Source: a virus (lineage: Duplodnaviria > Heunggongvirae > Uroviricota > Caudoviricetes). From it: DNA of 64,000 bases. Below, piece after piece: positions 29,796-38,949 of this stretch. Every line of letters begins with the position of its first letter. Position 1 is the stretch's first letter. The stretch spans positions 1 through 64,000 of the IMG/VR virus record IMGVR_UViG_3300045988_163275. One strand, written 5' to 3'. The notes beneath the pieces are model-generated. The model worked only from the letters and a program-made list of their open reading frames with translations. It had not been told where the DNA came from and did not search any database. Made by a program: the position numbers and the translations under genes.

Positions 29796-29854
29796 GCATT
29801 ATGGCGCCTTGAGGCGCCATGATTTTCGTAAAGATAAGGATTTTGTTCGGCACA

Positions 29855-30277
29855 ATGAAACACGTATTACTTCCTCTGGTTGCTGCCTCCGCGTTACTTA
29901 TCACTGCATGTCAATCTCGTCCTATTCCTGTCTCTGAGGCAAAGCCAGCACCGCAGACCAGAATATTCAAATACCAATCTCCGGCGGCATCGACGCTGGT
30001 GGTTATGAGAGATAAAAGCATGGTGGGCGCCGGTTGCGACGCATCGATCTTCATCAATGGCGAAACCGTTGCAAAACTGGAAACAGGTGAAAAAGTCACT
30101 TTTCATCTGGATGCCGGAGAATGGATTGTTGGCGCCTCACTCGAAGACGCTGGGCTGTGCGCACTGAATCCTGCTCGTCAGGAACGCGAGACGATTACCA
30201 AAGCTGGCGAGACGAAAGTCTTCCGGGTGTTCACCAGTAATGCTGGTGACATCGATATCTTACCAACGACACTGTGA
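29855..30277 (+). CDS. lipoprotein (candidate superinfection-exclusion protein)
   Basis: Start at MKHVLLPLVAASALLITAC: signal peptide with lipobox LITA-C; mature domain about 120 aa with 2 further Cys. Confidence 0.5.
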   Translation: MKHVLLPLVAASALLITACQSRPIPVSEAKPAPQTRIFKYQSPAASTLVVMRDKSMVGAGCDASIFINGETVAKLETGEKVTFHLDAGEWIVGASLEDAGLCALNPARQERETITKAGETKVFRVFTSNAGDIDILPTTL

Positions 30278-30281
30278 CGAT

Positions 30282-30809
30282 ATGACGAATATTACTGACA
30301 TCACCTACGGGATTCCTGCAGAAGTCTGGCCGCGCGATTACACCAACGTGGAGAAAGCGCTGATGTTCTGGCGCAAGTCTCTTATTCCTGTAAGGGTCAC
30401 GATGGAAGATGGTCAGGTGTTCTGCATGTATGTTCAGGGTCTCATGTCGTCACGCAACAAGGTCGACCTTTGCCCTGCCCCGTTCGACAAAGATAATCGT
30501 ATAAGGCTCCCACTTGAGCGAATCAGCACGATTGAATCAGGTGTGACAGAAGGCATTGCACACGACTTCACGGGTCGGACAACGATACACCCAGACTATG
30601 TGGACAATCGGCCATCTCGCCGTGATTTCTTCAAAATTTGTCGCCAGGCCCATGAGATGCAGAAGTCTATAAGGGTCTACATGGCGGATGGCCGTGAAAT
30701 TGAGGGGGTGTCTTCAGGCGTTGACGCTTGTCAGGTCACACTCAACATGGGGGACGGTAGGAAGACAGTCGCCATGTTCGATTGGGTCGAACGGATTTTA
30801 CCGTTTTAA
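30282..30809 (+). CDS. hypothetical protein
   Basis: 175 aa from MTNITDITYG; last gene before the AT-rich island. Confidence 0.4.
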   Translation: MTNITDITYGIPAEVWPRDYTNVEKALMFWRKSLIPVRVTMEDGQVFCMYVQGLMSSRNKVDLCPAPFDKDNRIRLPLERISTIESGVTEGIAHDFTGRTTIHPDYVDNRPSRRDFFKICRQAHEMQKSIRVYMADGREIEGVSSGVDACQVTLNMGDGRKTVAMFDWVERILPF

Positions 30810-31054
30810 ATCTATAAGGGTAATAACCGGCTAAGTCCGGTTATTATTTTATTCGTCACTTCCCGTTATATTTATTTCCCACAAACTCGATTCCAATTTA
30901 AATATATAAGGGTGATTGGCTGAATAGAGAATTTATTTAGGCAACACCTTCGAGAAAATGCATTTTATTTCTAAGACTTTGATTTTTATTGAATAAAATT
31001 TTTCATTCCCGAACAAAAAAACTCTTGATTTTATTTTCTGTATGTCGATAATTA

Positions 31055-31125
31055 ATCACATCGAAAGCGAACGCGCTAACGATAAATAAATAAAAAATTA
31101 AGTTATCAATATTACATAAGGATTA
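31055..31125 (+). promoter_or_regulatory. sigma70-like promoter without operator palindrome (low-GC island)
   Basis: cTTGATTttattttctgtatgtcGATAATtaatcac in a roughly 320-bp AT-rich region upstream of 31131..31781; no AAACAAnTTGTTT copy. Confidence 0.45.
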
Positions 31126-31130
31126 ACATC

Positions 31131-31781
31131 ATGTCTAACGTTACCATTTCTAAAAAATCCATCATCGACGCTGCTGTAGTTATCGCTAATGAATTGCAAG
31201 TTGCAGCCAACAACGCTACTCAGACTTATAACAATCATTATCAGAATGGTACACACACAAAAGCGGATAAAGCCAACATGCTTGCAGCGTCTACCAAACT
31301 AGCATACTTCACCAACAACGTTTTAAACGCTGTTAATGATGAGAAATTAGCTGGTGTCTTTTACTACGCGATTAAAGCAAGCAAACAAGCGCCAGAAGTG
31401 TTTTTCCGCGAAGCTATGACAAATAGCTATTCACTCGAAAAATTGGTTTATCTGGTTAAATCAATTAAATCTGGCAAATGCGTTTATTCCGTCGCTGATA
31501 TGTCCGGATCTCGTGTATTCGCGTTAATCGATATGATTAACGACGAGATCGACACGTTCACTAATGGCGCTGTTTTCGATTTAATGAATGAAGCGAAAAA
31601 AGCCAACGAAATAAAATTAGACGCTGGATACACTCAAGCCAACCAGCTTATCAATCTTTGCGAACGTCTGGGACTGGTCGAAAAAATCAAAGGAATGGGT
31701 GCAGCGAAAAACGGATCACAGCAATATCGCTTCGTTAAAAATGATTTTTATAACTATCTGGCTGATGCTTTCAAAGCGTAA
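31131..31781 (+). CDS. hypothetical protein (low-GC island gene 1)
   Basis: 216 aa, Asn/Lys-rich, markedly lower GC than flanks; upstream AT-rich region with sigma70-like TTGATT-N16-GATAAT and no operator palindrome; hairpin immediately downstream. Confidence 0.5.
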   Translation: MSNVTISKKSIIDAAVVIANELQVAANNATQTYNNHYQNGTHTKADKANMLAASTKLAYFTNNVLNAVNDEKLAGVFYYAIKASKQAPEVFFREAMTNSYSLEKLVYLVKSIKSGKCVYSVADMSGSRVFALIDMINDEIDTFTNGAVFDLMNEAKKANEIKLDAGYTQANQLINLCERLGLVEKIKGMGAAKNGSQQYRFVKNDFYNYLADAFKA

Positions 31782-31787
31782 TTAGAT

Positions 31788-31812
31788 GGATATAGCGCCC
31801 ATAGTGGGCGCT
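31788..31812 (+). terminator. intergenic hairpin between island genes (attenuator-like)
   Basis: AGCGCCCATAGTGGGCGCT followed by a short T-run, then RBS AAGGAG. Confidence 0.4.
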
Positions 31813-31831
31813 AGTTTTAAGGAGCTTAATC

Positions 31832-32062
31832 ATGTTTGTTCTTATTGCTGGCGTTAACGTGCGCAATGATTATTTTGTTAATCGCATCGCTGGGATCGCG
31901 GGGTACGCTGGGCGCTCAGTCGAGTTTATAAATGAAACAACGCGCAAAATTGACTTATTGAACGACCAGGAGCGAAAAAAAGCAGACGTGAATGACGCTG
32001 ATATATTTTTAATGTTAAAAGCGTTTGTAGAAATAGGATTTGAAATCAGTTTACACAAATAA
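31832..32062 (+). CDS. hypothetical protein (low-GC island gene 2)
   Basis: 76 aa; RBS AAGGAG; followed by an intrinsic terminator. Confidence 0.45.
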   Translation: MFVLIAGVNVRNDYFVNRIAGIAGYAGRSVEFINETTRKIDLLNDQERKKADVNDADIFLMLKAFVEIGFEISLHK

Positions 32063-32092
32063 AATCGAGCGCCCACTATGGGCGCTTTTTTC
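32062..32092 (+). terminator. intrinsic terminator after low-GC island
   Basis: AGCGCCCACTATGGGCGC followed by TTTTTTCG; same stem as the intergenic hairpin. Confidence 0.7.
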
Positions 32093-32107
32093 GTTTCCAA
32101 TACTCCC

Positions 32108-32136
32108 ACCATAACGCGCCATCATTGGCGCGTTTT
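32108..32136 (+). terminator. second intrinsic terminator
   Basis: AACGCGCCATCATTGGCGCGTT followed by TTTTTATT. Confidence 0.65.
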
Positions 32137-32679
32137 TTATTGTCCGAAGTTAGCCAAAACAGACCAAAGGCAAGCGCCATAAAAGCGCCAATTTAACGCA
32201 TTTTTGCGAGTCGCAGTATCTGACCATTACCCACAATAAAAACACGTTATAGCACGTTTTACAGCGTTTTAGCGTGTTGCTTATTTTGTCGTGTCGTTGG
32301 CGTGATCCGCGCTATCCTTCGGGACGTGTCGGCAATATTGGCGCTATCCGTGGGCGCTCGCATATGATTGCCACGTTGGGCAACGTGTACGCGCTTACAG
32401 TGGTTTACCCACGGATTCACATAATCACATAGCGAAAGCTATCTGGATGGCCCAGGGGCTGAAACCCCACCAGCGCTACCCCAGCGCCGCTACGCAATTT
32501 CTGGCGCGATTCCGGGTTTCTCCCGCTCAGTTTTCTACATAAAGGCGACCCCCGCCGTTTCCCGAAAAAATCTTGGCCGTTTCCCGTCGGCTCATGAATG
32601 CGTTCCTCGCCGTTTCTGAAAATTTCCCTGCGGCAGCTGGTGGCTATAGAGAAAGGGCCGTTTCTGGCCCTCTTCTCAG

Positions 32680-33162
32680 TTACACGCCATCAAGGATGTG
32701 GATGCGGTTGCTTGCGTATACATTCAGCATAAAGTTAGCGCAAAACAGTTTCCATGTGTCAACGCCAGCGGCATACGTAATGTTTTTGCATTTTATTGCA
32801 TTGTTGGCGATCCACATCCCCTGCGATACTGCTTCATCGTCGGAAAATTTGAACGACGATTGAGTTTTAATCCAGACAGAAATCTGCGTAGCGAACTCAA
32901 TCAGCTTGGACTGGCAGAATCGCCCGGAGCGCACCGGAAAGACGAACGTTCCGAATCCAGAATTTACCACATATGCTTTCTCAAATACCCGCGAGTAACG
33001 ACGATTGCCAATGATGTCGCGTGCAATAATGCATTTTTCTTGTGCTGACAGTTCTACCGTCTCATTGTCGCGCCATGCACCAAGTACTCGTTTTTCAATG
33101 TCAGAGAACGTTACAGCGATATTGCCATGTGCGGGTGCGTTTACAGTAGCGATAAAATTCAT
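32680..33162 (-). CDS. hypothetical early protein
   Basis: 160 aa; conserved promoter plus palindrome module directly upstream. Confidence 0.45.
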   Translation of the reverse strand: MNFIATVNAPAHGNIAVTFSDIEKRVLGAWRDNETVELSAQEKCIIARDIIGNRRYSRVFEKAYVVNSGFGTFVFPVRSGRFCQSKLIEFATQISVWIKTQSSFKFSDDEAVSQGMWIANNAIKCKNITYAAGVDTWKLFCANFMLNVYASNRIHILDGV

Positions 33163-33179
33163 GATTAATTACTTATCGT

Positions 33180-33240
33180 AAATAACAAATTGTTTTCTTG
33201 TTGGTGTTAATTATCGTTGTACGAATAAGGCGTCAAAGTG
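33180..33240 (-). promoter_or_regulatory. promoter plus AAACAAnTTGTTT palindrome module
   Basis: Minus strand: CTTTGACG-N16-GATAAT-taacaccaacaag-AAAACAATTTGTTA, upstream of 32680..33162. Confidence 0.55.
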
Positions 33241-33366
33241 GAAAGTTGCGGTAGCCGGACGGGAACAGGTGGGTTTGTCGGTTGCCTGGAGGTAAGAGGT
33301 TGGTGTTTTTAGCCTGCGGGAAACAGGATGGTCATTTAAGGCCACCAGCATTGGTGGCCTTACTCT

Positions 33367-33648
33367 TTAGTGGAGCAGACCGATGTCGATGGTATCCCCT
33401 GAATCATCCACACGGATCATCAGCATGGCGAAGGCGTTTAGTGGATAGCTTGCGTGCCATTCAGGGAAGCGGTCATCTCGCATGAAGTCGGCAATGTCGT
33501 AAACGCAGCCCTCAAAGTGGAAGAATCGCGTGCTTACCTGCTCGTCATATTCCACATGATCCATTTCTTGCTGTTCTGTTTCCGGCAAGTCCAGCCATGA
33601 TTCAAGGAATACATTTTGTGCTTTAGGGGTAATGGTGAAATCAGTCAT
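33367..33648 (-). CDS. hypothetical early protein (acidic)
   Basis: Start at MTDFTITPKA with RBS GAGGA; promoter plus palindrome module upstream. Confidence 0.45.
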   Translation of the reverse strand: MTDFTITPKAQNVFLESWLDLPETEQQEMDHVEYDEQVSTRFFHFEGCVYDIADFMRDDRFPEWHASYPLNAFAMLMIRVDDSGDTIDIGLLH

Positions 33649-33664
33649 GAGCATATCCTCACTG

Positions 33665-33722
33665 CGTAAACATATTGTTTTCTTGTTGGTGTAATTATCG
33701 CAGTGTAGATAAGGCATAAAAG
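33665..33722 (-). promoter_or_regulatory. promoter plus palindrome module
   Basis: Minus strand: ...GCGATAATtacaccaacaagAAAACAATATGTTT, upstream of 33367..33648. Confidence 0.55.
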
Positions 33723-33983
33723 ACGTTAATACAGGCTGAATACACAAGAAAGGTTCTGGAAGTTGATAGCCAGGTTTCAAACTAACCTTCGGTTATTAAA
33801 AGTCATTTAAGACCACCAATGCTGGTGGCCTTAATAATTATCGCCCGATTACGCTAAGGATCTTTTCCTCAACTGATTTGTTGTTGCGACTAAACTGCCT
33901 TGCGTATCTTATGACAGAAGAGGCGTTTCGCTTTCTGACCATCTCGGCTCTCTCCTTCAGGCGTTTCTTGAAATCGCCCATAT

Positions 33984-34358
33984 TTACCACCAGGCGCAGA
34001 AGGTCAGTCTATTATTGTGAAAGTCGTGGTTCTTAATCAGATCTTCCACAATCTCTTTCAACTCCCCCACATCATGCCAGTAACCTTCATCGTACTCCTG
34101 ACTGCCGAAGAAAAAACCTTCCTGGGTAGGCAAGTACTCTTCGCAATTACTTTCGTTTATGTGCATCAAATGAGCCTTCAGAAAACAAATGTCATTCATC
34201 GTTAATTCTAAAAGCTCACAATTTTCGACTTCACCTACGTTGCGCTCCATCCACCCAACGAGCGCATTGAACTTACGGAAGTAAGCAACCTGCTTTCTGG
34301 ATGCCTCGTTATTCAGATCGTTTTTTGGCTGCGTCTCGATGTAGATATCAAGCCCCAT
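33984..34358 (-). CDS. hypothetical early protein
   Basis: Start at MGLDIYIETQ (RBS AAGGAAACC); palindrome copy upstream. Confidence 0.4.
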   Translation of the reverse strand: MGLDIYIETQPKNDLNNEASRKQVAYFRKFNALVGWMERNVGEVENCELLELTMNDICFLKAHLMHINESNCEEYLPTQEGFFFGSQEYDEGYWHDVGELKEIVEDLIKNHDFHNNRLTFCAWW

Positions 34359-34414
34359 GATGGTTTCCTTATTAAGTTGCTTCAGTGAAATCATTTTCAC
34401 AAATCAGATAAGGC

Positions 34415-34435
34415 AGAAAACAAATTGTTATCGGG
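34415..34435. promoter_or_regulatory. AAACAAnTTGTTT-type palindrome copy
   Basis: GAAAACAAATTGTTAT upstream of 33984..34358; flanked by the recurring GCCTTATCT block. Confidence 0.4.
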
Positions 34436-34475
34436 CATAAGAAAATGGCGCGGGGTACGCGCCATTCAAAGAGGA

Positions 34476-34871
34476 TTAAGCGAATACGCTTTCAGGGACA
34501 ATGGTGTCGATCTTTTCGCCGGAGATTATTCGCAGACCGTGTTGTCCCATCCAGGTACTATTGGTATTTAAACTCGATGTATAAACCGCATCGACCTTTT
34601 TCATCAAATTTTCAAACAACGTCTGATCCGCGCCACGGAAATGAGTTTCCAGTTTTATCAGTAAAGGGTCAGAAGCATTACTGATGCTTTGGTAACGCAC
34701 CGAATATTTCCCCTTTGTCGCCTCGCCGGTGCGAGTTAAGGTACTGGTGTGAACTTCTTCGCCGGAGGCATTATCGCGTAGCACAATTGTAATTTTTGCA
34801 ACTTTGTCTCCATTTTCCGTCTCTGATGCATAATACATATCCAGGGTCAGATTTTCGCGTTTAACGGTCAT
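34476..34871 (-). CDS. hypothetical early protein
   Basis: 131 aa; TAAGTA-type palindrome upstream. Confidence 0.4.
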   Translation of the reverse strand: MTVKRENLTLDMYYASETENGDKVAKITIVLRDNASGEEVHTSTLTRTGEATKGKYSVRYQSISNASDPLLIKLETHFRGADQTLFENLMKKVDAVYTSSLNTNSTWMGQHGLRIISGEKIDTIVPESVFA

Positions 34872-34908
34872 TTCACTCTCCTTAGTGTTTAATTTTTAAT
34901 TTTATTAT

Positions 34909-34927
34909 CATAAGTAAGTACTTACAA
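34909..34927. repeat. TAAGTA-type palindrome
   Basis: cataagtaagtacttacaat; upstream of 34476..34871. Confidence 0.5.
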
Positions 34928-34992
34928 TACAAAAAAGCCCCGAAGGATTGGCGGGGCTGTCGTACATTCGACTAACTACTGCTTGCACATGT

Positions 34993-35304
34993 TTAAGCTA
35001 CCGCCTGAACAGACGCTCGTTGGATCTCTTGTTGGGCGACACGGTTGGCTTCCATCAGCGCCAGTTCAAGCTGGTCCTCTGGCCACATTTTCTGGACCGA
35101 CATCCACCCTCTTCCACGCTGGCGACGAACTACCATCACATAGCGCGTAAAATTGCCCGCGTCGAAGGTAATGGCTTTTTCACGAAACAGACGGATAGAA
35201 GTCCCATTCGCTACGATATCCAGCAATGTGAGATGCCCCATTAAGGTTGGTTTTTCTTTTCTATCCTGGCCTTCAGCAAGACCCAGCACCAATGAAGTAT
35301 TCAT
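34993..35304 (-). CDS. hypothetical early protein
   Basis: Start at MNTSLVLGLAEG (RBS GGAG); promoter plus palindrome module upstream. Confidence 0.4.
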   Translation of the reverse strand: MNTSLVLGLAEGQDRKEKPTLMGHLTLLDIVANGTSIRLFREKAITFDAGNFTRYVMVVRRQRGRGWMSVQKMWPEDQLELALMEANRVAQQEIQRASVQAVA

Positions 35305-35311
35305 CACCACT

Positions 35312-35385
35312 CCGTAAACAAATTGTTTTCTCAATGGCGTAAATAATACCAGTGTAAAAACGGCTACAAAGCATATTGCTCAGGC
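35312..35385 (-). promoter_or_regulatory. promoter plus palindrome module
   Basis: Minus strand: TTTGTAGCC...TATTATttacgccattgagAAAACAATTTGTTTacGGAG, upstream of 34993..35304. Confidence 0.5.
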
Positions 35386-35464
35386 ACATGAATTATCTAA
35401 AGGTGGTTCTGCCCTGCGGCTACAGAGAAGTTAAGCCAGCAGGCGGTGCTGGCTTTGGTTGGGC

Positions 35465-35794
35465 TTACGCGAATAACTCAAGGAATTCCTGCACGTCCCA
35501 ATGCTGGACAAGGTGAAGATAGAGCTTAGAAATCACGTCATTCTCGCTATCGCATGTGAAGTAGTACTTCTGGCTGCGGTTGTATGTGTCCACACAAAAT
35601 TCGCTCATATCCATAAAGTCAGCATCTTCACCCATGTCGCAAATAATCAAAGCAGGAGCATCATCACGAGTCATCAGCTCAAGCACCCAGCGCGAATTGA
35701 TCAGCGTGGAAGACCAACCTTCTAACTCATAAAACTGGTCAAACTCTTTTTGAGTCATTTTCTTGATTTGGTTGATGTCGATATTTGCAAACAT
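35465..35794 (-). CDS. hypothetical early protein (acidic)
   Basis: Start at MFANIDINQ (RBS AAGGAT); promoter plus palindrome module upstream; acidic (DMGEDADFMDMSEF). Confidence 0.4.
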   Translation of the reverse strand: MFANIDINQIKKMTQKEFDQFYELEGWSSTLINSRWVLELMTRDDAPALIICDMGEDADFMDMSEFCVDTYNRSQKYYFTCDSENDVISKLYLHLVQHWDVQEFLELFA

Positions 35795-35802
35795 AAAGCA
35801 AT

Positions 35803-35882
35803 CCTTAAACATGTTGTTTTCTGAATTGCGTAAACAATACCAGTAAGAAAACGGCCACAAAGTATATCGTTACGGTGCTGCG
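35803..35882 (-). promoter_or_regulatory. promoter plus palindrome module
   Basis: Minus strand: ...TATTGTttacgcaattcagAAAACAACATGTTTAAGGAT, upstream of 35465..35794. Confidence 0.5.
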
Positions 35883-35933
35883 CTGCCCCGGAGGTTAATA
35901 GCGACAAAAGCCACCGTGCTGGTGGTCTCACTC

Positions 35934-36152
35934 TTAATCTTCGTCGTCCGGGAACTCGCTGTGTACCGCGTCCACCAGCTCCCGCTTTTCATCTTCACTA
36001 AGCAGGTGCCAGATATCCTTCCCTTTGGGCGATTCCCCTTCTGCCGGGACGAACGACCACAACTTGCGGTACAACTCCGGCCCCACTGCATCCAGACACT
36101 CAGCCAGGGAATCCACGCCCCACACCTCAACCGTCACAGGCATCTTAATCAT
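35934..36152 (-). CDS. hypothetical small acidic protein
   Basis: 72 aa, very acidic C-terminus (LLSEDEKRELVDAVHSEFPDDED); RBS GAGGA; promoter plus palindrome module upstream. Confidence 0.45.
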   Translation of the reverse strand: MIKMPVTVEVWGVDSLAECLDAVGPELYRKLWSFVPAEGESPKGKDIWHLLSEDEKRELVDAVHSEFPDDED

Positions 36153-36181
36153 CTCTTCATCCTCACTTCGTTTCTATAACG

Positions 36182-36242
36182 TCTAAATATGTTGTTTACT
36201 TGTTGGTGTTATTATCGCAATAAGACAAAGGCGAAAAAGGAT
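36182..36242 (-). promoter_or_regulatory. promoter plus palindrome module
   Basis: Minus strand: CCTTTTTCGCCTTTG...GCGATAATaacaccaacaagTAAACAACATATTT, upstream of 35934..36152. Confidence 0.55.
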
Positions 36243-37382
36243 TTTATGTCGTGAAAGCCAGGCTGGGCAGTGAATATCCGGGAACGACACGGGAACCAGT
36301 ATTTACGATATTCTGCTCTACGCGCGCCGCAGGGCTGGTGGGCAGAATTTTCTTCTCCCCGAAAACCTACTGAAATCGCTTGAGACCCGAGGATGGTCTG
36401 GCAGACTGGAGTTCAGCAGCTGCACGAGAGGGAACGACACTCCCCCGCGATTTTCAGGCGAGTGAAGAGTAAGGCGCACTCCCGAAGATTTCCCGCACCG
36501 CTCCCGCAGTCGTCTCTCACTCTGTACCGGGATGTACCCGTTTCCCGACCGGCAGCCAGCCTTTTCCCGGTTCGTATAGCGAGATTCCCACCGTTTCCCT
36601 GAAAAACCTCCAGCCTTTTCCCTGCGGCGACGTTCCCGTTCCTGAAAAGGGACATGGCCTTTTCCCTGGATGGCCCGAAGGCTGACCGAAGGGGTGGATA
36701 GGGACGTTACGGGGGATGAAAGCTATGGCTTGAATTTATACGAAGAAAGTGGCGATACCCCTCCTTCCCTTCCCACTTATACCTCCCACGAATTTTCTCT
36801 CTTATGTGGGCATAAATCTTCTCTCTGATAACGCTCAATACGGCGACTATTCCTGTGGGTGAAATGGGTGGTTTGTTCTTTCTACCGGCATATGTGGTTT
36901 CGTTCTTCTTGAGGTGGTTCTTCTCTGTGTTTTCGTCAGGGTTGTTCTCGTTGTTTTGGTGATTGTTCTTCTCTGTGTATGGAGTAATGGCAGGTGGGCG
37001 ATTCCTTTCGTTATTGTATTTGAGTTGTTTGTCTTGAGAGCGTGAAAGGCTTTTGTGGTTATTTGTGTATTGAGTAATGGCGTTTCCCCGCGAATGTTCT
37101 GTTTCGTGTCTTTGGGGATTGAGGGAGTCCTTGCGGTAACAGGCTTCGTTAGAGTTTCAGTGGTTCTGGTGTTTATTCGCTGTTTGGGGAATGGCGTGTA
37201 GTGGGTATCGCATGTATGAATGTTTCGAGTTGCCTGTGAAAGTTAGGTTGGTTGTCCGGTAGCCTGGGAAGAAGAGGTGGGTCTTTTCAGTAGCCTGCCA
37301 TAAAGAGGTTGGTTGTTTTTGGGAATGTGGGTAATGGCGTCTCTGGGTTTCCTGTGGGTGTGGTTAGCTTGTTTTCTTGTGT

Positions 37383-37403
37383 CTGAAAACAACTTGTTTA
37401 GAT
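37383..37403 (+). promoter_or_regulatory. plus-oriented palindrome copy inside the gene-free region
   Basis: ttgttttcttgtgtctGAAAACAACTTGTTTAG on the plus strand; no obvious downstream protein gene. Confidence 0.35.
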
Positions 37404-37741
37404 GTCCAATATAACGCAACGGGAGCGCTTCTGAGCGTGTCTGTTTTTGGGTGGTATCACGAGTCGTTTTTGACGTTTTGGTCGCAGGGAGATGGATTCT
37501 GGTACGCTGGATTTGGGTATAAGAGATGGCGTGCGAAAACATCAACTTTTTAGACCAAATCAGGGGAAAGCGTTGACTTTACGTTGATGTGTTATTTATT
37601 TGTTTTCTTATGGGTGTAATTAGCTTAAATGCCTTGTCACGCCTGGGATTGAGTGGGGTAGGGTGGTGGGGAAAGTGGCGATCAACGGACTCTTATAGAA
37701 ATCCTCAATTTGTGACCGCCAATATCAACGAGTTGCAGCCG

Positions 37742-38311
37742 TTAGTTGTTCAGATAGGCATCCGGAACGCGCACATAAAAGTTTCTTTCGCCGGTCAGTT
37801 CCAGAGTAACGTTTATGTCGTTGCCGTTATCCAGCGTAGCCGTCGCTTTATAGAACTTGTCCGTCACCTTGTCCTGAATTGTCACCTTCATACATTTCGG
37901 CGCTGTGGTTCCGTTATTCTCTTTCAGAATGGTCGTTACGAGAGGACAAGCCGCTTCTTCAAGAGCAACCTCTTCCTGGTGTGGGATACCGATGAAGATG
38001 TTACCAGCAAGCAACGCGACGATTACGATAAAAGGAAGTCGACTGCCTTTTGTAACGGTGGCACGTTTCCAGAGATAGACCGGAAGGAGAAATACTCCCC
38101 ACAGGATGGCCGGTGGTTCATACCCTGCATCAGACAATGCCATTCTGTCAGCCACCAGAAAGCCGAGTCCAGCGACTCCACCTATCACTATTGCATAATT
38201 CAAATACTCATCTGGCGGTACTCCAAAGAAGAGAGGCAGTAAAGCTAGAAGCCACGCATAAGCATTATTCAGAGGTTTTGTTTGTTGGTTCTGGGTTTCC
38301 ATCACATCCAT
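37742..38311 (-). CDS. integral membrane protein (candidate exclusion protein)
   Basis: Three predicted TM helices (WLLALLPLFFGV, AIVIGGVAGLGFLV, ILWGVFLLPVYLW, FIVIVALLAGNIFIGI) and a C-terminal soluble domain; last gene of a three-gene early operon. Confidence 0.5.
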   Translation of the reverse strand: MDVMETQNQQTKPLNNAYAWLLALLPLFFGVPPDEYLNYAIVIGGVAGLGFLVADRMALSDAGYEPPAILWGVFLLPVYLWKRATVTKGSRLPFIVIVALLAGNIFIGIPHQEEVALEEAACPLVTTILKENNGTTAPKCMKVTIQDKVTDKFYKATATLDNGNDINVTLELTGERNFYVRVPDAYLNN

Positions 38312-38387
38312 TCCATCAGATTAAAAAGCGGTACTATGTTACCAATTTTCTTCGCTTATATGACATGATTACTCAACGAGTGGGCGA

Positions 38388-38708
38388 TCACCATTCCCAT
38401 GCAGGTAGCCCATCCACCAGCTCGGCGTCGCAATCGAAGTGAACCACGTCAAAGCCGTCATCCAGTATGGTCTGTATGTTGGAGATCGCCTCTTGGGAAA
38501 TGCCGTACTCACGCAGTTCTTCCTTCCAGTCATTCCCTCGCATTCCAGCACGAACAATCCAGCCGTACTGTGTACCGTGTACCCAATTCAACCCGCGATC
38601 AGTAAGTGGGTCGAAGCAGGCAATGGGTAGCCGTTCTGAATCCGCTGCCGTGACGTGGGCGGTGCTGATCACCGCCGTCTTATACGATTCGGTGATTTTC
38701 AGCATCAT
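38388..38708 (-). CDS. hypothetical early protein
   Basis: 106 aa, start/stop coupled to the upstream gene. Confidence 0.45.
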   Translation of the reverse strand: MMLKITESYKTAVISTAHVTAADSERLPIACFDPLTDRGLNWVHGTQYGWIVRAGMRGNDWKEELREYGISQEAISNIQTILDDGFDVVHFDCDAELVDGLPAWEW

Positions 38709-38938
38709 GCCTTCTCCTTTGGAAACAGAATGTTGGCCGTGTCAGAAATGACATCCCAATTCACGCCGACGCTGGCGTCATGGCACTCTTTGATTTTTCG
38801 CAAAACCTGAACGCACTGTTCGTCAGTCAGGTCTGGTCGCCCTTCACCTACATCTTCCTTGTGCCACATCACCATCAGCAGCGGCTCGTCTTCTGGGTAG
38901 TTCTCCAGCTTTTCGATAATTTCTTTCGCGGTTCCGAA
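38705..38938 (-). CDS. hypothetical early protein
   Basis: Start at MFGTAKEIIEKL with RBS AAGGAG; promoter plus palindrome module upstream. Confidence 0.45.
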   Translation of the reverse strand, partial: FGTAKEIIEKLENYPEDEPLLMVMWHKEDVGEGRPDLTDEQCVQVLRKIKECHDASVGVNWDVISDTANILFPKEKA

Positions 38939-38949
38939 CATGATTAACT

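Noticed and set aside
32625-36340. Chi octamers GCTGGTGG at about 32630 and 36330 as functional RecBCD signals
   Set aside because: Two occurrences in 64 kb is about the random expectation for an 8-mer on two strands; noted only because both fall in repeat-rich non-coding DNA.
37589-38242. 217-aa plus-strand ORF
   Set aside because: Antisense to the better-supported membrane-protein gene 37742..38311 and starts inside the gene-free repeat region; composition looks random.
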